NCBI RefSeq assembly: GCF_000186385.1
Contig: NC_014958.1
Location: 2,487,077-2,551,076, forward strand
Direction of reading: 5' to 3'
Source: Deinococcus maricopensis DSM 21211
Lineage (GTDB): Bacteria; Deinococcota; Deinococci; Deinococcales; Deinococcaceae
DNA length: 64,000 nucleotides
Positions 20,935 through 31,220 of this stretch are shown piece by piece. The position numbers and the translations under genes were made by a program. The notes under the pieces were generated by a model, which made no database searches, had not been told where the DNA came from, and was given only the letters and a program-made list of their open reading frames with translations. How positions within the stretch are numbered: the first letter of the stretch is position 1; every line of letters begins with the position of its first letter.

Positions 20935-22752
20935 TTACTGACGGGGCAGCTGGCGCAGACCGCCCGGCTGCACCGCGTTCCGCTCGATGATGTCGCGCAG
21001 ACCCTTCAGGGCTTCCTGCACGCCCACCTCCGACTGGTACGCGCTCGCGCCCACGTTCTGCACGCTCAGGCCCGTCGTCTTGACGTAGTCCTCGCCGACC
21101 GGGTACACCTGCGTCTCACCGGGCAGCGGCTTGGCCTGGCACGCCGTGAAGGTGTCCTTGGGCAGCGTGCCGTCCAGGAAGTACTTCGTGATGGGCAGAT
21201 CCACGCACTCCGTGCCGTACGGGAACGCCGCGTGCTGCGACTCGTTGTCGATGAACACCATGCGCGCGCCCGGCAGGGACTTCCAGCCGTCCAGCGCGCC
21301 TTCGCGCGGCGTGGCCGGGTCATACTCGTTCTGGAGCATCATGACGGGCGGCATGTTCGCGGGCACGGCCGGCTTCTTGACCGTCCAGTTCTTCCAGTAC
21401 GCGCAGCTCGTGTAGGCTTCGGCGCCGCCGATGAGCGGGTAGTCCTTGGCCATCTGGTCGCTGAGTTTCGTCCAGTAGTTCTGGTCGGTGTTCCACGGCG
21501 TGTCGTTGCAGGTGATGGCCGTGAACGCCGCGCTGGAGTTCTCCAGTTCCGCCGGTTGGGGCGTGGGGTGGACGAGCGCGTCGTACACGCCGAGCAGCCC
21601 GAACGCCTGCTCGCGTGCAGCCGCATCGAGGTCCGCGTCATCGGAGAACTTGACGCTTTGCACGGCCGCCGCGACGGCGTTCACGTCCGCGTCCGGGTGG
21701 GCGCTGAGGATCGCCTGCAGGCCGCGCGCGCCGACCAGGGTCTCGCCGATGCTGGGCATGAGGTCCGCGCTGTACATGGCGTGCGCGATGACGTTGCTGG
21801 CCGCGTACTTCAGGGGGGCGCTGAGCGCGTCGAACTGCGTGTACGCCTGCTCGCGGGTGCTGCCGAGCTGGTACAGGTCGTTGTGGCGCGCCACGTACGC
21901 GAGCGCGACCTCGCGGAAGTCCCGCTCGAACGCCTTGGGTTGCGAGATGAACGTCTTGGCCATGTCGCCGTCCAGACCCATGTTGCCGTCCAGCAGGATG
22001 CGGCCCGTGTTGGCGGGGAACAGCTTGGCGTACCACGCGCCGAGCCACGTGCCGTACGAGTAGCCGACGTAGTTGAATTTCTCGTCGCCGAGGAGCTGGC
22101 GGGCGAGGTTCAGGTCACGGGCAGTGGCGTCGGTGTTGATGAACGGCGTGATGGGGTTCTTCTGGCAGGCGGCGGCGTCGAGGCGGGCGTTGCGGATCAT
22201 CGCGTCGATGTTGCGCTGGCTGCGGTCGGATGCGGGGTGGTTGACGGGGGCGTACAGTTCGTTGGTCCCGCAGTAGATGCGGGTGCTGGCGCCCACGCCG
22301 CGCGGGGAGAAGCCGATCAGGTCGTACTGTTCGCTGAGCGTCTTGAGGTTCTGGCCCACGGGGGAGCTGGTGCTCGCCTTGGACCACAGGTACCCGTACT
22401 GCACGGCGAACGCCAGACCGTCGCCGCCGGGGCCGCCGGGGTTGAAGAAGATGGCGCCCTTGCGGGCGGCGGGCTTCTCGGCGCTCACGCGCAGCAGCGA
22501 GAAGCTGGCCGTACCGCGGGTGGGGTTGCTCCAGTCGAGCGGGACGTTCACGTCAGCGCAGCGAGCGCGGTCCCCGACGTATTTCGACAGGTCGAGGTCG
22601 AACCCGAGGATGCTCTGGTCGCAGGTGTGCCAGTCGAGCTTCTGACTGGTGAACGAGGCCATGGGGTCCGGGGGGGTCACGCGGGGCCCGCAGGCAGCGA
22701 GCGCGAGCGCCGGCAGGATGGCCAGGGCGGCTTTCAGGGACGTATTGGGCAT
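20935..22752 (-). CDS. secreted alpha/beta-hydrolase, tripeptidyl-aminopeptidase (S33, TAP-like) lipoprotein
   Basis: lipobox LALAAC; GGPGG oxyanion region, GYSYGT nucleophile motif; 605 aa, similar in layout to Streptomyces TAP. Confidence 0.8.
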   Translation of the reverse strand: MPNTSLKAALAILPALALAACGPRVTPPDPMASFTSQKLDWHTCDQSILGFDLDLSKYVGDRARCADVNVPLDWSNPTRGTASFSLLRVSAEKPAARKGAIFFNPGGPGGDGLAFAVQYGYLWSKASTSSPVGQNLKTLSEQYDLIGFSPRGVGASTRIYCGTNELYAPVNHPASDRSQRNIDAMIRNARLDAAACQKNPITPFINTDATARDLNLARQLLGDEKFNYVGYSYGTWLGAWYAKLFPANTGRILLDGNMGLDGDMAKTFISQPKAFERDFREVALAYVARHNDLYQLGSTREQAYTQFDALSAPLKYAASNVIAHAMYSADLMPSIGETLVGARGLQAILSAHPDADVNAVAAAVQSVKFSDDADLDAAAREQAFGLLGVYDALVHPTPQPAELENSSAAFTAITCNDTPWNTDQNYWTKLSDQMAKDYPLIGGAEAYTSCAYWKNWTVKKPAVPANMPPVMMLQNEYDPATPREGALDGWKSLPGARMVFIDNESQHAAFPYGTECVDLPITKYFLDGTLPKDTFTACQAKPLPGETQVYPVGEDYVKTTGLSVQNVGASAYQSEVGVQEALKGLRDIIERNAVQPGGLRQLPRQ

Positions 22753-22940
22753 GGGTGTTCCTCCGAAGTCACGGTAACATCGTCTGGCGCGATATTTACG
22801 CGATTCCGAGGTGGCAAAAACACATCGTCCATTTGGGCGTTGACAGCCGGTGCACGCTGTGGTTGGTTCAGAGGTTCAGCTGTGGTCGCCCGAACCCTGC
22901 GGTGGCCCCTTCCCCGCTGGTGGTGGCCCCTCACGCCAGG

Positions 22941-22976
22941 GGGCAGGGGCGCGGCGTCAGTACCGCGCCCCTGCCC
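22941..22976. terminator. GC hairpin 3' of the 22986..23738 gene
   Basis: GGGGCAGGGGCGCGG-cgtcagta-CCGCGCCCCTGCCC. Confidence 0.55.
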
Positions 22977-22985
22977 TCCGCATGC

Positions 22986-23738
22986 TTACCGTCGGGGTGC
23001 GCTGCCGACCGTGAACGCGCGGAACGTTTCGGTCTGAACAGTGCGGGCCCCCTGCTGGACGCTGAGGGTGGCGTGCCCGCCGCTCACGCGCACGCGGTAC
23101 GTGTACCCGGCGTTCGTGAAGGTGTACGTGCCAGTGCCGCCCGTGCCGCCCGGCACGGTCAAGCTGGGCGTGCTGGTGCGGGCGGCGCCGTCGCCGGGGA
23201 CGCTGCGCACACCCTGGGTGCTGAAGCGGGCGAAGTCGAAGGTCTGGTACGTGAGGCGCCCGCGGGCGTCCTGGGTGATCAGGACACTGCGGCGGTCCGT
23301 GACGCCCATGAAGCGCGTGCCGGGCAGCCAGCGGCAGGTGCGCGCCTGGCCGTTCAGGGTGGCGCCCACCAGCAGCGGCGTGAGTTCTAGCGCGGGGTTG
23401 GCGGTCAGGCCGCCGTTCAGGAAGTGCAGGGCATCGTTGGTGCCGCCGGGGGCGTCACTGCGGGCCTTGAGGGGATAGTAGACGTTGCCGGCGCCAGCGT
23501 CGGCGCGGCCGACCTGCCACGCGGCGTACCGGTACGCGCCCGGCGTGGTTTTGCTGAGCGTGGTGATTTCCGCGCGGCCCGTGCGGTCGGGCGTGCCGAT
23601 CACGAGGGTTTCGGGTCGGTCGAGGGCGTCGCACAGGGCCCAGGCGGGCTGCTGGCGGTCCGGCAGATCGAGGCGGGTGGTGGCCGCGTGGGCGGTGCCG
23701 AGGGCGAGAAGCAGCAGGGGGAGGAGGGGGGATTGCAT
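22986..23738 (-). CDS. secreted hypothetical protein
   Basis: signal peptide MQSPLLPLLLLALGTAHA; 250 aa, Gly/Thr-rich C-terminus; no recognisable domain. Confidence 0.7.
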   Translation of the reverse strand: MQSPLLPLLLLALGTAHAATTRLDLPDRQQPAWALCDALDRPETLVIGTPDRTGRAEITTLSKTTPGAYRYAAWQVGRADAGAGNVYYPLKARSDAPGGTNDALHFLNGGLTANPALELTPLLVGATLNGQARTCRWLPGTRFMGVTDRRSVLITQDARGRLTYQTFDFARFSTQGVRSVPGDGAARTSTPSLTVPGGTGGTGTYTFTNAGYTYRVRVSGGHATLSVQQGARTVQTETFRAFTVGSAPRR

Positions 23739-23771
23739 GCGCGTATGCTGCGCCGCGTGGACGAGCGCCTC

Positions 23772-24902
23772 ATGAGAACGGCCTTATCCTGGGAGGCGAT
23801 GACGTACTTCGATGTGGTGCGGGCGGGCGTTCCGCCGAGGCTGTCGGACGTGGAGGTCCGGACGAAGGCGGGCGTGCGGGGCGCGCCGGGCGTGGACGAC
23901 GCGCAGGTGCTGCTGGTGACCACGCTGCTGAAACGCGGCGTGGAGGGACCGCTGCTGGACCTCACGGCGATGGGCGGGCTGACCCGCGCGGCCCTCGGGG
24001 CGGACGTGCAGGTGGTCGAGGCGTCGCGGGCGGCGTTGACGGTGCTGGCCGCGCAGGGGTTCGGCGCGGCGGCAGCGGTGCCGGGGGACGACGTGGGCAC
24101 ATGCGCGCAGGTGAGCGCGGTGCTCGCCGGGGACCGCGGGAACGCGCACGCGGAGGCGTTGACGGCGTGGGCGCACGCGAGCACGGCGCCGGGCGGAACG
24201 CTGTACCTCGCGGGGGACAAGGACAAGGGGTTCGAGCGGTACTTCAAGCGGGCGCGCGCGGCCTTCGGGGCGGGCGAGATCATCGCGCGCGACGGGGGGA
24301 TGCGCGTGGCGGCGTTGACGCGCACGTCGCAGGCGGTGGTGCCGGTGCCGGCGCCAACGACGTACGAGGTGAACCAGTTGCAGATCTCGGCGTTGCCGGG
24401 CGTGTTCAGTTCGGCGGGGCTGGATTTTGCGACGCAGTTGCTGCTCGGCGAGGCGCCGGAGGTGCTGGGGCGCAGCCTGGCGGGGCTGGACATCGCAGAT
24501 TACGGGTGCGGGGCGGGCGTGATCGGCGCGCACGCGGCGCGGGCGGGCGCGCACGTGACGATGCTGGATGATGACCTGTCAGCGGTGCGGTCGGCGCAGG
24601 CGACGCTCGCGGCGAACGGCCTGGCGGGGCGGGCGCTGCACAGCGACGTGGACAGCGCACTGGACGCGGAGACGTTCGATGCGGTGCTGAGCAACCCGCC
24701 GTTCCACGTGGGCCGGCGGGTGGTGCTGGACGTGACGGCGGCGTTCATTGCGTCGTGGGGGCGGCGGCTGCGTCCGGGCGGGGTGGCGGTGCTGGTGGCG
24801 AACGATTTCCTGCCGTACGAGCCGCTGCTGGCTGCGTGGGGCACCGTCGAGGAGTTGACGCGCGTGCGGGGCTTCAAGGTGCTCGCGGCGCAGAAAGCCT
24901 GA
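23772..24902 (+). CDS. class-I SAM-dependent methyltransferase, RsmC-like (16S rRNA m2G)
   Basis: DYGCGAGVIG SAM motif I, NPPFH motif IV; N-terminal non-catalytic domain; start ATG 23772 (alternative 23799). Confidence 0.75.
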   Translation: MRTALSWEAMTYFDVVRAGVPPRLSDVEVRTKAGVRGAPGVDDAQVLLVTTLLKRGVEGPLLDLTAMGGLTRAALGADVQVVEASRAALTVLAAQGFGAAAAVPGDDVGTCAQVSAVLAGDRGNAHAEALTAWAHASTAPGGTLYLAGDKDKGFERYFKRARAAFGAGEIIARDGGMRVAALTRTSQAVVPVPAPTTYEVNQLQISALPGVFSSAGLDFATQLLLGEAPEVLGRSLAGLDIADYGCGAGVIGAHAARAGAHVTMLDDDLSAVRSAQATLAANGLAGRALHSDVDSALDAETFDAVLSNPPFHVGRRVVLDVTAAFIASWGRRLRPGGVAVLVANDFLPYEPLLAAWGTVEELTRVRGFKVLAAQKA

Positions 24903-25011
24903 ATGGCCGCGCGCAGCCGCAGCGGTGTCTGCTAGACTGACCCGTTGAACGTGACCCGACGAACCTCTGAGCCGACTGCCACGCATCCGCTGCCACGCAC
25001 CTGGAGGGCGC

Positions 25012-26589
25012 ATGACTGAGAAGAAGATCGCCGCGCGCGCACGCAAGCCCAAAGCCGAGCAGGACCCGGACGCCGCTGCGGCGCCCGCCCCTGCGGCGAG
25101 CGCCCCGAAAACCCGCAAGAAGCCCGCGGTCAGCACGGACGACGTGAACGCGAGCGTTCCGGAGCCCGCGCAGGTGGCCGAGGCCTCCGCCTCGGACGTC
25201 ACGCCCACTCCCGAGACGCCGAAGCCCACGCGGAAACGCGCTGCGAGCAGCGCGGTGGACGCGCCTGCGAAAGCCGAGAAGCCCGCGAAGGCGAAAGCCG
25301 CTAAGCCGGCGACGCGCGCCGCCAAGAAGGGCGACGCTGACAAGGGCGCGGCGCCCGCCCGCACCGCGAATGCGGCGGAGAAGCCGTACTACGCGCACCC
25401 GGCGATTCAGGACCTCATCAAGATTGGCCGGACGGCCGGCGTGCTGTCGAGCGAGGACGTCGCGGCGGCGTTGTCCACGGCCCTCGAAGCGAACGGGCTC
25501 GATCCGGAGAGCAGCGACGCGTTCGAGGACCTGCAGATTTACCTGCAGGGGTTGAGCATCGACATTCAGGACGTCGATGACGACGAGGACACCGAAGCGG
25601 AAGCAGAAGCGGAAACCGACGAGGCGGCCGAGAACGAGGAAGAAGGCTACTTCGATGACATGCCGCGCGCGGTCAGCAACGACCCGGTGCGGCAGTACCT
25701 GCACGAGATCGGCCGCGTGCCGTTGCTGACGCTCGAGGAGGAAATCAGCCTCGCGCGGCGCATCGAGGAGGGCGAGGAAGCCCGCAAGGTGCTGGATGAG
25801 CAGCCGGAACTCGAGGACCGTCAGCGCCGCCGCCTGCAGCGTCAGGTGGAGGACGGCGCCGCGGCGCGTCAGGGCCTGATCGAGGCGAACCTTCGCCTGG
25901 TGGTCAGCATCGCCAAGAAGTACACGGGGCGTGGCCTGGGCTTCCTGGACCTGATTCAGGAAGGCAACCAGGGCCTGATTCGCGCAGTCGAGAAGTTCGA
26001 GTACCGCCGCCGCTACAAGTTCTCGACGTACGCGACGTGGTGGATCCGTCAGGCCATCAACCGCGCGATTGCTGATCAGGCGCGCACCATCCGCATTCCG
26101 GTGCACATGGTCGAGACGATCAACAAGCTCACGCGCACGGCCCGTCAGCTGCAGCAGGAGCTGTCGCGCGAACCGACGTACGAGGAGATCGCCGAGGCGA
26201 TGGGGCCCGGCTGGGACGCCGCGAAGGTCGAGGAAGTCCAGAAAGTCAGCCAGGAGCCCGTAAGTCTCGAGACGCCCATCGGCGACGAGAAGGACAGCTT
26301 CTACGGGGACTTCATTCCGGACGAGAACCTCGACAGTCCCGTCGAGAACGCCGCGAAGACGCTGCTCAGCGAGGAGCTGGAGAAGGCGCTCAGCAAGCTC
26401 ACGGAGCGCGAGGCGATGGTCCTGAAGTTCCGCAAGGGGCTCGTGGACGGCCGCGAGCACACGCTGGAGGAGGTCGGGCAGCGCTTCAACGTGACGCGCG
26501 AACGCATCCGCCAGATCGAGAACAAGGCGCTGAGGAAACTCAAGTACCACGAGAGCCGCACGCGCAAGCTCCGCGACTTCCTCGATTGA
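25012..26589 (+). CDS. rpoD: RNA polymerase primary sigma factor (sigma-70 family) with Lys/Ala/Pro-rich N-terminal extension
   Basis: regions 1.2-4 present: [31 protein letters not shown], region 4 [12 protein letters not shown]. Confidence 0.95.
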   Translation: MTEKKIAARARKPKAEQDPDAAAAPAPAASAPKTRKKPAVSTDDVNASVPEPAQVAEASASDVTPTPETPKPTRKRAASSAVDAPAKAEKPAKAKAAKPATRAAKKGDADKGAAPARTANAAEKPYYAHPAIQDLIKIGRTAGVLSSEDVAAALSTALEANGLDPESSDAFEDLQIYLQGLSIDIQDVDDDEDTEAEAEAETDEAAENEEEGYFDDMPRAVSNDPVRQYLHEIGRVPLLTLEEEISLARRIEEGEEARKVLDEQPELEDRQRRRLQRQVEDGAAARQGLIEANLRLVVSIAKKYTGRGLGFLDLIQEGNQGLIRAVEKFEYRRRYKFSTYATWWIRQAINRAIADQARTIRIPVHMVETINKLTRTARQLQQELSREPTYEEIAEAMGPGWDAAKVEEVQKVSQEPVSLETPIGDEKDSFYGDFIPDENLDSPVENAAKTLLSEELEKALSKLTEREAMVLKFRKGLVDGREHTLEEVGQRFNVTRERIRQIENKALRKLKYHESRTRKLRDFLD

Positions 26590-26603
26590 GCCTGCACCGT
26601 GAC

Positions 26604-26631
26604 GCCGCCCCTTCGGGGGCGGTTTGTCGTT
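26604..26631 (+). terminator. rho-independent terminator after rpoD
   Basis: GCCGCCCC-ttcg-GGGGCGG followed by TTTGTCGTT. Confidence 0.6.
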
Positions 26632-26682
26632 GGGAACGTTCGCGGGCGCGGGGCGTATGGAGATGAGCAGGGGGAGGTCGGC

Positions 26683-28080
26683 ATGGTGATGCTCAGGGAG
26701 GCGCTCGGTCGGTCGCGCGCGGCGGACCGCCGGGGTGCGGCGCTTGCGGCGCTGCTGCCGTGGGTGATGCTGGGCGCGCTGCCCGCGTGGGTGTGCGCGG
26801 CGTTCGCGGTCGCGCTGGCGGTGAGCGCGTGGAGCCGCGCGGTGCGGACGCGCAGCAACGAGTGGGCGTTGCCGCTGCTGGTGGCGGGCCTGCTGGCGTT
26901 CACGCGCGCGCCGGACGTGCTGGGCGTGGCGACGACGGCGCTCGTGTACGGCGTGGTGGCGGTCCTGCTGGGAGTGGCGTCCGAGGCGCTGCGTGAGGGC
27001 GCGCCGTCCGGGGGGTGGGTGCTGGCCGCGCTGTTCCTGTGGGCGCCGTCCGCGCCGGGGCTGGCGGCGTTCCTGCTGGTGTTGGCGCTGCGGGACGGCC
27101 CGGAAGGCCGGGCAACGCGTGCATGGCCAGGCTGGCGGGCGTGGGGGATGGTCGCGGTCGGGGCGGCGGCGCTGGCGCTGGCGACGGCGTTCTTGCCGCG
27201 CGCGGATGGTTGGGGGGCGCGGCTCGCGGACGCGGCGTCGCCATTGGCGCGCACCGCGCCGCCCAACCGCCCGCCCGGCGCGGTGCTGGGGGGTGGCCTG
27301 GGGGCGCGGCAGGGTGCGCGCGGCACCCCCGCTGCGCCGGCCCCACGAGCACGGGCGGAGCCGGACGCGGCCGTTCAGACGGCCGTGACGCTGCTGGCCC
27401 TGGGGATGGCGCTGGTGCTGCTCGCCCTTCGGTGGCGGACGCGCGGTCGCGCGGAGGGCGAGGGGGGCCGGCATTGGTCCGATTACGCCCTGGCGGCCGG
27501 TGCGGCGCTGATGGCGGCGTCGCTGCTGGTGTACGCGTTCGGTTCGCGTGCGACGCCGCCCTCCACCTCCACGCTCGCGCCGTCTCAGACGCCGCCGAGG
27601 GTCAACGCCCCGGCGCGGCCCGCGCCCGCCCCGGCGCCGCGCCCGCCAGTGGCGCGGGCCCCGTCCGTGCCGACTTGGCCGTTCGTGGGCCTGAGCGTCC
27701 TGGCCTTCGGGGTGCTGGTCGCCGTGGCCACACTGGTGCTGCGGACGCGCGCGGCGTCGCCGGAGGGCGCGGCGCCGGAAGGGGCGGCGGGCGAGGGCGA
27801 CGCCGCGGAGCATCGCCTGCACCGGGTGCGCGCCGCGTACCGCCGCGCCGAGGCGGCCCTCACGCGGGCCGGGTGGTCGCGCGCGCCGCACGAGACGCCC
27901 GGCGCCTACCTGCGGCGGGTGGCCGAGGTGCACCCGGACCTCGCGGACGCCCTGCGCACACTGGGCGCCGCGTACGACCCGGTCCGGTACGGCGGGATGG
28001 TCACCGAAGCGGACGCGGACGCCGCTGAAGGGGCGGCGCGCGCCACCGAACTCAAGATGAACACAGCGGAGGACGCATGA
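26683..28080 (+). CDS. DUF4129-domain polytopic membrane protein
   Basis: ATG with GGGGAGG 5 nt upstream; multiple TM helices, Pro/Ala-rich linker, C-terminal DUF4129-like segment (ETPGAYLRRVAEVHPDLADALRTLGAAYDPVRYGG). Confidence 0.7.
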   Translation: MVMLREALGRSRAADRRGAALAALLPWVMLGALPAWVCAAFAVALAVSAWSRAVRTRSNEWALPLLVAGLLAFTRAPDVLGVATTALVYGVVAVLLGVASEALREGAPSGGWVLAALFLWAPSAPGLAAFLLVLALRDGPEGRATRAWPGWRAWGMVAVGAAALALATAFLPRADGWGARLADAASPLARTAPPNRPPGAVLGGGLGARQGARGTPAAPAPRARAEPDAAVQTAVTLLALGMALVLLALRWRTRGRAEGEGGRHWSDYALAAGAALMAASLLVYAFGSRATPPSTSTLAPSQTPPRVNAPARPAPAPAPRPPVARAPSVPTWPFVGLSVLAFGVLVAVATLVLRTRAASPEGAAPEGAAGEGDAAEHRLHRVRAAYRRAEAALTRAGWSRAPHETPGAYLRRVAEVHPDLADALRTLGAAYDPVRYGGMVTEADADAAEGAARATELKMNTAEDA

Positions 28081-29015
28081 AGGAATTTACGGAGCGGGTA
28101 CTGAGCAACGTGGCGCGCGTACTGGTGGGCAAGGAGGACGTGGCGCGCGTGGCGCTCGCGGGCGTCGTCGCCGGTGGGCACGTGCTGCTGGAGGACGCGC
28201 CGGGCACCGGGAAGACCATGCTGGCGCGCGCCCTCGCCGTCAGTCTGGGCCTGAAGTTCAGCCGTGTGCAGTTCACGCCGGACCTGCTGCCGAGCGACGT
28301 GACGGGCGTCAGCGTGTACCGCGACGGGCGCTTCGAGTTCGTGCCCGGCCCGATCTTCACGGGCATCCTGCTGGCCGACGAGATCAACCGCGCCACCCCG
28401 AAAACGCAGTCGGCGCTGCTGGAAGCCATGGCGGAAGGGCAGGTGACGGAAAGCGGCGTGACGCACCGCCTCGCGCCGCCATTCGTGGTGATCGCCACGC
28501 AGAACCCGGTGGAGCATGAGGGCACGTACCGTCTGCCCGAAGCGCAGCTGGACCGGTTCCTGCTGAAGCTCTCGGTGGGGTACCCCACGCTGGCGGAGGA
28601 AGTCGCGATGCTCGCGAACCTGCAGGGCGCCCACCCCATCGACGCGCTGGGTACCGTGAGTGACGCCGACGAACTGCTGCGGGTGCGCGCGCAGGTGCGG
28701 GAGGTGTTCGTGAGTGATGACGTGCGCGCGTACATCGCGGGCCTCGTGGCGGGCACGCGCACGCACCCGGCATTGACGCTCGGGGCGGGGCCGCGCGCGA
28801 GCCTCGCGCTGCAGGGGGTCGCGCAGGCCCTGGCGGGCATGGCGGGCCGAGCGTTCGTAACGCCCGACGACGTGCAGGCGGCCGCGGCGGGCGTCCTCGC
28901 GCACCGGCTGGTGCTGCGCGCGGAAGCGCGCCTGTCGGGTCTGCGTGCGGACGCCATCGTCGCGGAGGTCGTGCGGGCGCAGCCCGTCCCGGCCGAGGCG
29001 GCGCCCGCACAGTGA
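28077..29015 (+). CDS. MoxR-family AAA+ ATPase
   Basis: ATGA overlap with upstream gene; Walker A GAPGTGKT, Walker B ILLADEINRA, sensor motifs; 312 aa. Confidence 0.93.
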   Translation: MKEFTERVLSNVARVLVGKEDVARVALAGVVAGGHVLLEDAPGTGKTMLARALAVSLGLKFSRVQFTPDLLPSDVTGVSVYRDGRFEFVPGPIFTGILLADEINRATPKTQSALLEAMAEGQVTESGVTHRLAPPFVVIATQNPVEHEGTYRLPEAQLDRFLLKLSVGYPTLAEEVAMLANLQGAHPIDALGTVSDADELLRVRAQVREVFVSDDVRAYIAGLVAGTRTHPALTLGAGPRASLALQGVAQALAGMAGRAFVTPDDVQAAAAGVLAHRLVLRAEARLSGLRADAIVAEVVRAQPVPAEAAPAQ

Positions 29016-30124
29016 TGGCGCTGCTCGCGTGGGTGGCGGCGCTGCTGGCGCTGGTGGCCCTGCTGCGCGTCCTGTACGCTCGGCCCCCGCAGGTGCAGCT
29101 GACGCGCACGTACCCGCCCGCGGCGTTCGAGGGAGACCGCGTGCCGCTGACCGTGACGATCCGCGTGCATGCGCGCCTGCCGACGCGCGTCCTGATCGAG
29201 GACCCCACACCGCGCACGGTCGTGCCGGACGCGCAGCTCACGCTGGGTGGGCTGGTGTTCGGGCGGCTCGCCCTCACGCATGCGGCGACGCTCACGCCGC
29301 AGCGGCGCGGCGTTCACGCGTGGAGCGGTTCGACGCTCGCGTGGGCGGACCCGCTCGGGCTGTTCTGGCACCGCGCGCCCCTCACCGTGCCGGACGCGCT
29401 GGAGGTGTACCCGGGCACGCACGGGCTGGTCCTCCCGGACCTGCTGCGCCCCCTGCTGTCCGAGGGGAGTCTGGCGCGCACCGTCGGCCTGGACGATCCG
29501 ATCAGCCTGCGGGGGGCGCGGCCGTACGTGCCCGGCGACCCGCCCGCTCGGCTGCACTGGCGCCTCACGGCCCGCATGGGCACCCCCATGGTCCGCGAGG
29601 TGGAACGCACCGCCGCGAGCCGCGTGACTGTGCACGTGGACGCACGCGGCACCGACGAGTACGTGGAGGCCGCCGCGCGCCTCGCCGCGAGCCTCACGCG
29701 CGAGGCGTTGGAGTTGCAGGTGCCCGTCGTGGTGAGCGACGCCGAGGGGCGCAGCCTGGGCGGGCGGACGCCCGAGGCGTTGCGGTCCGCGCTCTCACGC
29801 CTTGCGCGCCTGCACGCCCAGCCGGACGCCCCTGCGCGTATCCCCGAGCCGGAGCCGGGCGGGAACCTGATCGTGATCACGCAGCGGGCCGGCGCGGCGT
29901 TCCTCGCGTCGGCACTCGCGGCGCGCGCGTACGCCCGGCGCGTCGTGGTGATCGTCCTGCCCGAAGGGTTCTACCTGGAGCCGGGCGAGGTGGGGCGGCC
30001 TATTCGCTTCGCGCCGCCCGACGCGGTACGGGACTTGGAGCGGCAGGCGGGCGTCCTAGAGGAAGCGGGCGTGCTGCTGTACGTCCTGCGGGGGAACAGC
30101 AGCGTCCTGCGATTGGGTGCCTGA
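29012..30124 (+). CDS. DUF58-domain protein (MoxR partner)
   Basis: ATGA overlap with moxR; N-terminal TM; DUF58 core (RPYVPGDPPARLHWRLTAR). Confidence 0.85.
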   Translation: MMALLAWVAALLALVALLRVLYARPPQVQLTRTYPPAAFEGDRVPLTVTIRVHARLPTRVLIEDPTPRTVVPDAQLTLGGLVFGRLALTHAATLTPQRRGVHAWSGSTLAWADPLGLFWHRAPLTVPDALEVYPGTHGLVLPDLLRPLLSEGSLARTVGLDDPISLRGARPYVPGDPPARLHWRLTARMGTPMVREVERTAASRVTVHVDARGTDEYVEAAARLAASLTREALELQVPVVVSDAEGRSLGGRTPEALRSALSRLARLHAQPDAPARIPEPEPGGNLIVITQRAGAAFLASALAARAYARRVVVIVLPEGFYLEPGEVGRPIRFAPPDAVRDLERQAGVLEEAGVLLYVLRGNSSVLRLGA

Positions 30125-30215
30125 ATACCGCGTGCGGAGGGGCATGAACGAGCGTTTACGTGCGCGTCATGCGGCGCGTGGACGCGCACGATACGTTCAG
30201 GGCAGGAGGGCCATC

Positions 30216-30410
30216 ATGACCGATGCTCAGAAAGAACCGCAGCACCTGCCCCAGAATGAGAACGACAGCGCGCCCACGCCGCAGACCGCGCCGGAGTCCG
30301 CGCAGCAGAAGGGGCTGGATGACCACGACGTGGCCGTGCAGGGCAGCATGATCACGAGCGACCCGCCCAGCACCAACATGGGCGAAAGCGAAGACGACCT
30401 GAGCCGCTAA
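30216..30410 (+). CDS. small acidic, predicted disordered protein (64 aa)
   Basis: ATG with AGGAGGG 5 nt upstream; MTDAQKEPQHLPQNENDSAPTPQTAPESAQQ...SEDDLSR. Confidence 0.4.
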   Translation: MTDAQKEPQHLPQNENDSAPTPQTAPESAQQKGLDDHDVAVQGSMITSDPPSTNMGESEDDLSR

Positions 30411-30416
30411 GAGCTC

Positions 30417-30454
30417 AAGGGGAGGGGCCACGCACGTGCGTGGCCCCTCCCCTT
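30417..30454. terminator. perfect 19-bp palindromic hairpin, bidirectional terminator
   Basis: AAGGGGAGGGGCCACGCAC|GTGCGTGGCCCCTCCCCTT. Confidence 0.7.
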
Positions 30455-30464
30455 GCTGCGCCGG

Positions 30465-30881
30465 TCAGTCGATGACGCTGAGGCGCACGTCGATGTTGCC
30501 GCGGGTGGCGTTGCTGTACGGGCACACCTCGTGCGCGGCGTGCACGAGCTTCTCGGCCACGTCGCGTTCCACGCCGGGGAGGCGGACGGCAATCTCGACG
30601 TTCAGCTTGAAGCCGAGGCCTTCTTTTTCCAGGCCAACCTTCGCGGTGACTTCGCTGTTGTCGGCGCTTACCTTCTGGCGGCGCGCGGCGACGCCGAGCG
30701 CCCCCTGGAAGCACGCGGCGTACCCGGCGGCGAACAGCTGCTCGGGGTTCGTGCCGGTGCCGCCGTCCCCGCCGATCTCGCTGGGGACGCTGAGGTCGAC
30801 ATCCAGGCGGCCGTCACTGGTGCGGGCGTGTCCGGCGCGGCCGCCGGTGGCGGTGGCTTCTGCGGTGTACAGGTTGCTCAT
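30465..30881 (-). CDS. ohr: organic hydroperoxide resistance protein (Ohr/OsmC family)
   Basis: two conserved Cys (AGYAACFQG, VCPYSNATRG); 138 aa; GGAGG upstream. Confidence 0.88.
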   Translation of the reverse strand: MSNLYTAEATATGGRAGHARTSDGRLDVDLSVPSEIGGDGGTGTNPEQLFAAGYAACFQGALGVAARRQKVSADNSEVTAKVGLEKEGLGFKLNVEIAVRLPGVERDVAEKLVHAAHEVCPYSNATRGNIDVRLSVID

Positions 30882-31220
30882 AGATGGAACCTCCACCGCG
30901 CATGATATCGGGGCGCGTCGGCGGGGCGACGGTAACGATTCGTACGCTTCCGCGCGAGCCAGGCTAGGGCATGAAGAAGCGCTGTAGGGCGCACCGGGCC
31001 TGCACGACCAGCGACCCCGCACGCCTGAGCACGCCCCGGTGAAGGTGTCGCCTGCGTCTCGTGATGCCTCGACCGCACGATGAAGCCTCGGACCGTGGGG
31101 GCGACCGGACCACGGTGGGCCGGTCGACCAGAGCCGCGGTCCCCAGCGTCGGCGACGCCGCCGGGGGAGAAGCGCAGGCCACCTACAGGGGTGGGTGGCC
31201 TGCGCTTCAGCCTGACCGGG

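Noticed and set aside
24874-27933. 1019-aa minus-strand ORF antisense to rpoD and the DUF4129 gene
   Set aside because: Arg-rich low-complexity translation, while the opposite strand carries clear sigma-70 and MoxR-operon genes.
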